Below are positions 1 to 7,864 of a stretch of DNA of 26,415 nucleotides, piece after piece. Source of the stretch: a virus (lineage: Duplodnaviria; Caudoviricetes); the IMG/VR virus record IMGVR_UViG_3300038530_002606, positions 1 through 26,415 of that record. One strand, given 5' to 3'. The translations under genes were made by a program, and so were the position numbers. Each line of letters begins with the position of its first letter. Position 1 is the first letter of the stretch. Below the pieces are notes generated by a model, which worked only from the letters and a program-made list of their open reading frames with translations, did not search any database and was not told the DNA's origin.

Positions 1-3000
1 ATCAACAGGCAGCGTCGGGCCTTCGGTTCGGTACTCAAACGCAGCAGACTCAAACGCCAACAAGACTTGATCCCAAGCAGATGCAGATGACCAAGCCTGA
101 GATACATTTTGACCACCGCGTATGGCTGAAATGAATCGTCGCATCTTGCCTACAAAGCGGCCCAGTTTGCCCCTGCCCATACCGCTAAACGCACGGGCCA
201 AAGCCCTATTCATATCACCGTCAGCCGCCTCAACCAATTGAGTGACTGCATATGGAACGATCTCCATCGCAACTTGGGGGTTATCCTGAATAAACTGGAC
301 AACCTCCGCATCTGTAAAAGATTGTCTTTGCAGTTCAACACCTTGTCTCAAAGCCTCTGATTGGGCTAATCGGAACATGTATTCCTTCGCACCATCAGTA
401 AGCATGTCCGGGTTGATGGACTTCAAACCTTTGACAAGTGCCTTGTATTTCTTGGGATGATAGAACTGAAGGTTGTGGACAAACTCATGTGACAATACGG
501 CACTAATCACTGAGTTAGGATCATTCTGGAACTCAGAAGCATTAACAATAATGATGCCTGTAGATCGGTCCCGTACCGCCTCAGTTGCCATTGAGTTAAC
601 GAACACCACGCTCGTACCGGCAATGCGCATACTCTCCACAAGTTCCGCAGCCGCCTCAGAAGGAGGCGCAACAACTTCACCAGTGACAAGTCCCATGCTC
701 CGATAGTTCTTCAAAAGATTTTCAAGAATTGAAACTGCTTCTGGGCTTGGCTTGGTTCCAAAAAATCTACTGTCTTTGTCAAGGTGTGTCGGTTGACCAA
801 CTTGTTCGTCAGCAGATGCCGCATCAGACACCTGCTGTGCAACCATTTGATCTGCGGCAAGGGCAACAATTTCTGGAACCGCCATACCCTCAAACGGTGT
901 GCTTGGTCCCATGATCGCCTGCTTAGACTTGCTACGCATGCCAAGCCAGAAGCGTGCGCTGTCGGTTGAGCGAATGAAGTTCTTCGCCGTGGCCTTTGCA
1001 TCCTTCTGAATTTTCGCAACGTCTCGGTCGTATGTCGCGGTTGGCCTATCCTCCGCCGCTGTAAGAGCCTGCTCTGCTAGTGCATCTTGCAATGAGGTTC
1101 GCACGTTCAACCGCTCGACGCTCTCCTTTGCCTTGCGGACAAATGTTTCACGCTGCTCTTGATTCATCCCCTTGACAAACCGGCTCAAGCCAGCCTTCTT
1201 GAAGTCTGATCTGGACGTTCCCTTCAAGGGCTTGAACTTTCGCTCCCCTGTCCGGGCCGGAGACTCCCCTAGCCGAATGTCAGGCAACGATTTACCAGCA
1301 AGTGCGTAGGCCAGTTCCGCGTCTGCACTTGCAAGGTCGATCTTTCTTTGACCATTCGCTCTGCCAGCGCCCTCGTAAATCTCAGAGTTTGGATCTCCAA
1401 ACATTTCTGGGTCAACACCCTTGCCCTCCGAAAAGGTTCGCAGGCTGTCAAAAGCACGCGACAAAATGTTTCGGCGTTCATTGACAGGTCGGTGTTCAAC
1501 CTCTTCCTTGACCATGTGCTGGTAGTAGTGGTTTTTCCAAGCACGTTCAAACTTATCTTTGTTTGACTCAGTGACTTTTGGAACCCGACCGTTTCGATAT
1601 CTACCAGTTTGTTCGTAGGTCAAACCATCTGGGCTTTTGGGGTCAATTTCTGTAAGTTGGATTTCAACATCCGTGTCTCTGGGAGTGTCACGGATAAAAG
1701 TCTTGTCCTCGTCAACCAGTGTCATTGGCGTGCCGTCATGGAACGTCGCTCTGTCACCAACTTTTGGTACGGTGTCCTTCAAAAACTCCGCGTCAAGTGC
1801 ATTGATGACATGGATAGAGTCAATTGTTCCGCCACCTGCTGCACCAAGAACACCGCCAGCAATAGAAGCAATCAGAAGTTCTCTTGCACCAATAAGGAAA
1901 TCACCATCTTCCCGTTCGCCGAAGAAATCAGCACGGTCAAGTGTGGCGGTCAAAGCGGTGTGGAATGACTCGTCGAAAGCCTCCTGAATTGCTTCACGCG
2001 TAAAGCCTTTGGCAACAATGTGTGGGAACTTGTATTTTGCACTTGAAAGGAAAGCCTGCTTGAATGCAGGGTTCTTCATGGCAAATGAATTCAAGCCGCC
2101 CAAAAGTTTGTTAGACCCATAAACGGCAACCAGACCAGCGGCAATATCAGCGGCAGCGTTCTGCTTGGCCTGTTCTGGAGTCAAGCCCATGTCGAGGTAT
2201 CGTTGCTCATTCCTCAACTTATTGACCAGATATGGCATAGATTGAGAAATAGTCCCCCTGACCCCTGAATACATATTTCTGGTCGTGCTTGCAACCGTTG
2301 AACCCAAACGTGCAAGACCTGTTGCCTCAGCAGTTCCGGCAACAGCGCGGGGGTTTCGTGTAGCAAAGGCGGTAGCAATAGTTGCCATGAATCCGGGGAT
2401 AGCCTCACCGATAGCAACGCTTGACTCAGTTGTTATGTCATCAAAGAAAACAGGACGCTGCTCTTGCAGATAACTCAACCAGTTGACACGCTCATCTCCA
2501 CCCCAAATGCCCGCAAGACCCGGAGCCTCAATGTCCGTCCCTTCTAGTACACGCTCCTGTATTGGCACAAACAACCAATCTTCGATGGTGCTTGCAACAC
2601 TTGGAAACATATCCATGAATGCTTTGCCAAAACGCTCGCCGCTATAAGCCAGTGTTGCCATAATGCGATCACTGGTGGTCATATCTCTGGTATGCAACAA
2701 CTCAAGTTCACTGAGGCTCTTAGCAAGTTGTGCCATTCTTGTGCCGTCACCGTTGGCGTTCAAGTATTCAAAAACTTGGGTTGGCGTTTCACGACCGTCA
2801 AAGTAAAGAACCTCTCCGTTCTGCACCTCGAACTTCTTGTCGCCCATCTCGCTTTGATACATGCGCTCTGGCAACATCATGTCATTGTCGATGTAGTGCC
2901 TTGTATTTACACGCATCTCCCCAATTTGCACATTTTCTTCAGGATTGTTGTACAGAGGAACGTGACGAAATTCAAACGGGTTGTAGACGCGGCCTTCGTT

Positions 3001-3486
3001 TACAAAGTCTGGCTCTTTGTATTTACGGTTGAATTCATTATCAAACTGTCTATCTAAAAGACCTCTGCCCCTTGTCCACTCAGCAGCGTCGATTTGCCCC
3101 ATGTCCATCATTTTGTTAAGCCGCTTTACCTCAGCGGCAAAACCGTTCATGTGTTGGGCGCGTGCCTGCTCTTTGCGTTTTAAGGCACGGCGGTCCTCAT
3201 TTCTTTTTTGAAGTTGGAGCCGACGTTGCTGGTCTTGTAGTCTCCCCTCCTGTATGAAGTCAACTTCCTCCGGTGTGAATTCCTTAAAGTTGGGTTTGAC
3301 AAGAGATGCTTCGATCTCCTGCATGGCTGGAAGAACGTCTTGTGCAGTGTCCTGCCGTACCGTGACTTCCTCAACCTGACCGGGCCGTTCATTAAAAAAA
3401 CGACGGTTCTGTTGCTGCTGCTCAAACTGTGAAACTTTGTCTTCAAATGAAGGCTGGACCGGCTGCGAAGGATTTACTTGGGACAA
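1..3486 (-). CDS. Giant internal virion/ejection (polyvalent-type) protein with a zincin HExxH motif; truncated by the window edge (>1162 aa)
   Basis: Missing from the ORF track. Manual translation from TTG at 3486 (AGAGGA RBS upstream, 1 nt after the previous stop) gives MSQVNPSQPVQPSFEDKVSQFEQQQQ... with no stop down to position 1. Contains Gly/Ala-rich hydrophobic helices (IASIAGGVLGAAGGGTI) and SAVLSHEFVHNLQ at 475-489. Confidence 0.85.
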   Translation of the reverse strand, partial: MSQVNPSQPVQPSFEDKVSQFEQQQQNRRFFNERPGQVEEVTVRQDTAQDVLPAMQEIEASLVKPNFKEFTPEEVDFIQEGRLQDQQRRLQLQKRNEDRRALKRKEQARAQHMNGFAAEVKRLNKMMDMGQIDAAEWTRGRGLLDRQFDNEFNRKYKEPDFVNEGRVYNPFEFRHVPLYNNPEENVQIGEMRVNTRHYIDNDMMLPERMYQSEMGDKKFEVQNGEVLYFDGRETPTQVFEYLNANGDGTRMAQLAKSLSELELLHTRDMTTSDRIMATLAYSGERFGKAFMDMFPSVASTIEDWLFVPIQERVLEGTDIEAPGLAGIWGGDERVNWLSYLQEQRPVFFDDITTESSVAIGEAIPGFMATIATAFATRNPRAVAGTAEATGLARLGSTVASTTRNMYSGVRGTISQSMPYLVNKLRNEQRYLDMGLTPEQAKQNAAADIAAGLVAVYGSNKLLGGLNSFAMKNPAFKQAFLSSAKYKFPHIVAKGFTREAIQEAFDESFHTALTATLDRADFFGEREDGDFLIGARELLIASIAGGVLGAAGGGTIDSIHVINALDAEFLKDTVPKVGDRATFHDGTPMTLVDEDKTFIRDTPRDTDVEIQLTEIDPKSPDGLTYEQTGRYRNGRVPKVTESNKDKFERAWKNHYYQHMVKEEVEHRPVNERRNILSRAFDSLRTFSEGKGVDPEMFGDPNSEIYEGAGRANGQRKIDLASADAELAYALAGKSLPDIRLGESPARTGERKFKPLKGTSRSDFKKAGLSRFVKGMNQEQRETFVRKAKESVERLNVRTSLQDALAEQALTAAEDRPTATYDRDVAKIQKDAKATAKNFIRSTDSARFWLGMRSKSKQAIMGPSTPFEGMAVPEIVALAADQMVAQQVSDAASADEQVGQPTHLDKDSRFFGTKPSPEAVSILENLLKNYRSMGLVTGEVVAPPSEAAAELVESMRIAGTSVVFVNSMATEAVRDRSTGIIIVNASEFQNDPNSVISAVLSHEFVHNLQFYHPKKYKALVKGLKSINPDMLTDGAKEYMFRLAQSEALRQGVELQRQSFTDAEVVQFIQDNPQVAMEIVPYAVTQLVEAADGDMNRALARAFSGMGRGKLGRFVGKMRRFISAIRGGQNVSQAWSSASAWDQVLLAFESAAFEYRTEGPTLPVD

Positions 3487-3487
3487 C

Positions 3488-5587
3488 TTATGATCCTCTG
3501 CTACCTATTTGCTCTTTGTCAAAAGATTGTTCAAACGCAATCACGCGGTCGTAATACTCACGCCGCGCAGCGTTGAACTCAGCACTGTCAGGCTGTAAGT
3601 CAGGGTTCATCTTTTGAATGATTGGGTTGAGCCTTTGTATGACTTCAATTTCTTTCTTTCGACGAGCCTCCTTATCGCCTTGGAAATACTTCTTGGCTGA
3701 ATCGGGGTGTGCCAAACGTCGCAAGTCACCTAGCGTGGTTCTATCACCCAACTCCTGTGCGACATAGTTGGGTGTGTCCATCGAAGTGACTTTTCCAAAG
3801 TTCGGGTTTGGCGATCCGTCCTGTAAAGTACGGTTCATATCTCGTTCTACTGCTGCATCACGGGCCATAATTTTTTGCTCTTTGGCTTTGTCATCAGCAG
3901 CGGCACGGTAAGTCTCTGACGGGAAGTTGATGGGTGATACAACTCCACCAACATCGGCTATTCCGCGAAGTTGACGCTCTTCTTTCTGAGATTGAGCAAC
4001 TTTGCCAAGGTCACGCCCAGTTTCTTTTTCAGCCTTTTTCCTTGCAGCAAACTCTGCTTCTTGAGTGACCATGGGACGCGCAAGTGTCTCAGCACGACGT
4101 ATCTTCAATTCTGCAATTTTTCTACGATTGTTGACGATTCGTGCGTCACGCTCTCGAAGGTGGGCCTCGAAAGCAGCATCGGCGTATTCTTGCCTGCCTT
4201 GACCATAGATTTGCGTAAGTTGCATCCGATATTCCATCGGATCTGCCTCTTCGATTTGACCAATCTCCGTTTCAAGAAGAGAGATATCTACATCAATTTC
4301 ACGAACAGTTTCTTGGACAACCCGATCAGTGTGTTCCTGCTTATACCGCTCCATGAGGAATTCTTCACGGCTCAACGGAGGCGGAATAATTGGGTTGCCC
4401 TCATCATCAATCTCGAACTGGTCGTTGTCTTGTTTGTATTGATTTACCGCTTTTTGCTGCTCTAAGTAGGCGTTGTAATCAGCAGTTGCTTTTTGGGTGG
4501 TTTCGCTAAATTTCTCACGAAGTTTGGCATTGTCAATACGCTGATCTTCTTGCTTATTACGAATCGCCGTTTTTGCTTCGGCTGCACGACGATTTCTGTA
4601 TGAAATGTCTTCTTGGATTTTCTGCCTAGCCTCAGCGGCTTCCTGCTGTGTTTTTTGCTCTGCGGTTTGTCTAGCAAAACCGCTGGTGGCACTAAAAGTT
4701 GCTGACCCACGGTCAAACAAATCTTGTAATGCACCTTGACGCTCTTCTTCACGCAGGTTTGGATCACGCAGAATCTCAAGATACTCACCCTGCAACTCTT
4801 GATACATGTCACCAAACTGTTGATCTTTGTCCGCAAGATTCTTCAGTTCAGTCATTTGTTTGTCAAATGCTGACTTAGCAACCTTGAACGCTTCTGTTTG
4901 TGGCGAACTTCCATCGCTGTCACCCTGCGCTCTTGCCGCCTTAGCCTCATCCTCTCCAGCAAACACAAACCTGTTCTTCTCAGGGTCAAAGTTTACTGGT
5001 GTAAAGGCGTCAATCTCTGCGTCATATCTATAGTTCTGTCCACCGCTCTTGACGATGGTATCGTCCATGTCCTGCGGTTGGTTTGTTTGGGCTGGGCCTT
5101 CAAAGGTCGGCCCCGTTGAACGACTATTTATAAAACGCTGTAAGTTGGCAGGATCTCGGAATACCCGAGTTTGCCTTCGTGTGTTTGCAGAGCGCATGGC
5201 AGATTGCTGGCGACTACGATTTTTTTTCGCCTCAAGTTGTGTTCGCAAACTGCGGTCGAGTCGTTCTTGTTCTATCTGCTTTACAAAGTTTGGAACAGGA
5301 GGAAGAGGTTTTGGTGCATCTGGAAAGTCAGAAGGTAATGTGAACGGTTCTGGCTCCGGCCCCGGCCTTCTTACTTGCGGCAACGCATCAGGAAACTGCT
5401 TAACATCCAGTGGATTTTTTCCCAAAGGGCGCTGCGGGATAGGCTCACGCCGACCCGTCATCGGGTTGAATCTAGTGTTTGGGTCAGGCTTAGAACCACG
5501 TCTACGCCCCATGTTCTGGAATGCTTTGCCGCCGGAAATGCGACGATCATCAAGCCGTCGATCTCGTCGTTTAGGTCCGTTTGCCAT
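3488..5587 (-). CDS. Putative internal virion/ejection protein (699 aa, coiled-coil rich)
   Basis: GAGG RBS; Arg- and Pro-rich N-terminus followed by long Q/E/K/A/R helical tracts; lies directly before the giant ORF, as podovirus ejection genes do. Confidence 0.65.
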   Translation of the reverse strand: MANGPKRRDRRLDDRRISGGKAFQNMGRRRGSKPDPNTRFNPMTGRREPIPQRPLGKNPLDVKQFPDALPQVRRPGPEPEPFTLPSDFPDAPKPLPPVPNFVKQIEQERLDRSLRTQLEAKKNRSRQQSAMRSANTRRQTRVFRDPANLQRFINSRSTGPTFEGPAQTNQPQDMDDTIVKSGGQNYRYDAEIDAFTPVNFDPEKNRFVFAGEDEAKAARAQGDSDGSSPQTEAFKVAKSAFDKQMTELKNLADKDQQFGDMYQELQGEYLEILRDPNLREEERQGALQDLFDRGSATFSATSGFARQTAEQKTQQEAAEARQKIQEDISYRNRRAAEAKTAIRNKQEDQRIDNAKLREKFSETTQKATADYNAYLEQQKAVNQYKQDNDQFEIDDEGNPIIPPPLSREEFLMERYKQEHTDRVVQETVREIDVDISLLETEIGQIEEADPMEYRMQLTQIYGQGRQEYADAAFEAHLRERDARIVNNRRKIAELKIRRAETLARPMVTQEAEFAARKKAEKETGRDLGKVAQSQKEERQLRGIADVGGVVSPINFPSETYRAAADDKAKEQKIMARDAAVERDMNRTLQDGSPNPNFGKVTSMDTPNYVAQELGDRTTLGDLRRLAHPDSAKKYFQGDKEARRKKEIEVIQRLNPIIQKMNPDLQPDSAEFNAARREYYDRVIAFEQSFDKEQIGSRGS

Positions 5588-5595
5588 GTTGCCTC

Positions 5596-6894
5596 TTAGA
5601 TCAAGTTCTTGTTGTTGTTCTTCGTGGTGCCGCTAGTTTGGCCAGCGATTCGTGGATAGATCACTTCACCAAAGTAGACCGTGGCCTGTTGAGAGTCCGC
5701 TGAGGCCAAGGCAACATTGCTAGTTTCAGCAGAGATGTCCAAAATACCGTTGAACACTGTCGGGCTGTTCACAGTGCAAGTTCCAACCTTGGTGTTTTTC
5801 GTGACATCTACAAGGCCACCAAAAATCGTCACAGGGGTGCTTGTAGAATTACCAACGTTTTGGTCGCTTTGCCACTTGAGTGTGCCGCCAAACACATTCA
5901 CAGTTCTGCACGCCGCGCTGCCTTTGAAGCAAACAGTCCCCCTGTGAATGTTAAGTTGGTCAGCATCTGCAGCGCCACAACTCGACGATGTTTCAAGGTA
6001 CCCACCGTCTACACGCACCTGATGGATGCCAGTAACGCCGGACTCAATAACCATAGTCAACCCTTCAACACCAATCTGGCGGAAAGTGTTTGCACCGCTA
6101 CCAATAAAAGACGACCCATTTTTCAACCGAATGAGACCCTTGGCCTTCGGCCCAGCGACCGTCATAATGTCAACATTTAGGGCTTTGAGATCAATCGTGC
6201 CGTTGTTACAAGTGATAACAATTTCGTCAAAGTTGCCCTCCATGTTTGTTCTACGGCCAGTTCCACCCAGCGCAAGGTAAGGCAAAACAGAATCTGTCTC
6301 ATTAGACACATCTACTCTGAGAGGGATATCTGCCTGTCCGATTGCACCTTGGTAGCCACTGGTGACGCGAAACTGCTTGAGGTTCACTCCAGACTGGTCA
6401 AGCCCGTACAGAACATCATGCGTACCGGTAGAAAAGAATACCTCATCGTTTGAAGCAGGCACAGCAGATGGCGCAGTCCCGTCTGACTCGACCCAGTTGT
6501 TGAGCGTGTTGTAGTCATTTGGACCAGAGTTTGCTGTTGTGGTTGCCGCAGCAAAAGTAGGAGCATTACCATCACCGTCAGTGTTAACGACAGTTTCGGT
6601 CAGGTAAAAAGGCACACCCGGCGCATTTGCTGTGACATCTACCCGTGATGTTTGGTCCGAAAAGGTGACGCGCTTGAACAGGGATTGGGTTGAAGCATTG
6701 CATTGCAAAACAATGTCATCACATACCTGCGCTACCGTCGTTCCTGTGGCTGTCACAGCCTCAGTTTGCGTTATATCGTCCTCACCCTCAAGAATGACAT
6801 TGAAAACGTCGCCAACCTCAATGGTGCCGCCCGGTGTCAACGTGCTTACTTGTGCCTGTGCGGTCGCGCCGCCTTCCCATCTTAAAATTGCCAA
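5596..6894 (-). CDS. Virion appendage/spike-like protein with a predicted C-terminal beta-helix (432 aa)
   Basis: TTG start; T/G/V/N-rich; recurring x-V-x-GG-x-L/V turns (VRVDGGYL, VNVFGGTL, VTIFGGLV, TVFNGIL) typical of parallel beta-helices; sits in the tail region. Confidence 0.6.
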   Translation of the reverse strand: MAILRWEGGATAQAQVSTLTPGGTIEVGDVFNVILEGEDDITQTEAVTATGTTVAQVCDDIVLQCNASTQSLFKRVTFSDQTSRVDVTANAPGVPFYLTETVVNTDGDGNAPTFAAATTTANSGPNDYNTLNNWVESDGTAPSAVPASNDEVFFSTGTHDVLYGLDQSGVNLKQFRVTSGYQGAIGQADIPLRVDVSNETDSVLPYLALGGTGRRTNMEGNFDEIVITCNNGTIDLKALNVDIMTVAGPKAKGLIRLKNGSSFIGSGANTFRQIGVEGLTMVIESGVTGIHQVRVDGGYLETSSSCGAADADQLNIHRGTVCFKGSAACRTVNVFGGTLKWQSDQNVGNSTSTPVTIFGGLVDVTKNTKVGTCTVNSPTVFNGILDISAETSNVALASADSQQATVYFGEVIYPRIAGQTSGTTKNNNKNLI

Positions 6895-6897
6895 AGG

Positions 6898-7269
6898 TCA
6901 CCCCATGTGTTGCATGAATACTCTGATTTGCGCTTTCGGGTCGGCTGAACCATCAGCCTTGCTAACCGTAAACCGAACCGCGTAAATACCTCGTAGATCA
7001 ACATTAACCAGTGCGGGACGACCGCTTGAAAGGTAGTGGTTTGGCCCAAATGGGTACTCTGGATTTGCCCAGTTTTCGCCATCTACCGAAACTTCCATAA
7101 CTACCGTTACGCTGCCGAGGCTGCCTACCCCACCGTCGGGGTCAGGCAAAAGGATAAAACTGCCGAAACTAAACGCTCCTGCATAGAAAGCATCGGAAGA
7201 TTCACCTTCAGCAGTGAGATTGATTAGAGAGTATCGGTCGTTTACAGAGCCTCTGTACTCAAGAGTCAT
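6898..7269 (-). CDS. Small beta-sandwich virion protein (123 aa)
   Basis: Preferred start is ATG 7269 (MTLEYRG), coupled to the upstream stop at 7259. The motif VVMEVSVDGENW...AVRFTVS resembles discoidin/galactose-binding-like jelly rolls. Confidence 0.6.
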   Translation of the reverse strand: MTLEYRGSVNDRYSLINLTAEGESSDAFYAGAFSFGSFILLPDPDGGVGSLGSVTVVMEVSVDGENWANPEYPFGPNHYLSSGRPALVNVDLRGIYAVRFTVSKADGSADPKAQIRVFMQHMG

Positions 7270-7864
7270 TGTTTTGCTCCTGTTCTTTTTTGCGCCGTGC
7301 TTCTTCAGCCTTGCGGCGAGCCTCACAAGGGCTACATTTTTTGGGTTCGCGAACAGGGTCGTCAACGCCCCGGAAGTGACTCATCTGGCTCATGCCCTTG
7401 TCTCCGCCATCAACAGCGTTTGGTGGCGGAACTGCATCTGATTTCCACGCATACAGTTTTTCTTCAGGGTCAAGGCCCACATAGCCTGAGCCAGTCAGTT
7501 TGCGGAACATGTTAAACCACCACCGGTTCAACAATGCCCGGCGACGGCTGCAAGCGGCACACATTGGCACAAGGCCAAGCGTCAAAACCTTGATAATCCA
7601 ATGGACGTAATCCCCCAAACCTGATGTGGGGTACTCAAATACCCGATACCCATAAAGGGTCAAATCTGCCGCATATTGGTCACGATCAAATTTTGGGTTC
7701 TCACTCAAAAAGTTGCCACATTTAAGCATGCAAGTGCCTTTGCTCGGAGCGCCACCAAACAGGCCCGCTTTGCAAACCCCGTGGTATCGAGAGTCAATGT
7801 TTTCCCATTGCGAGCATTGAATGTTTGATGGTGGAACCATGTAGTCAATAGTGTTGTCTTTCAT
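7259..7864 (-). CDS. Cys-motif protein with GLGD...CxxC..R motif (201 aa); possible tail-protein chaperone or metal/redox protein
   Basis: ATGA overlap with the Cys-rich gene. Four N-terminal Cys, then GLGDYVHWII...PMCAACSRRRALLN and a second CSPCEARRK. Confidence 0.7.
   Translation of the reverse strand: MKDNTIDYMVPPSNIQCSQWENIDSRYHGVCKAGLFGGAPSKGTCMLKCGNFLSENPKFDRDQYAADLTLYGYRVFEYPTSGLGDYVHWIIKVLTLGLVPMCAACSRRRALLNRWWFNMFRKLTGSGYVGLDPEEKLYAWKSDAVPPPNAVDGGDKGMSQMSHFRGVDDPVREPKKCSPCEARRKAEEARRKKEQEQNNDS

Noticed and set aside
1-3487. Apparent gene-poor or pseudogene region in the ORF track
   Set aside because: A single open minus-strand frame spans it; the G/C runs near 2349 and 1266 keep the frame on recount.
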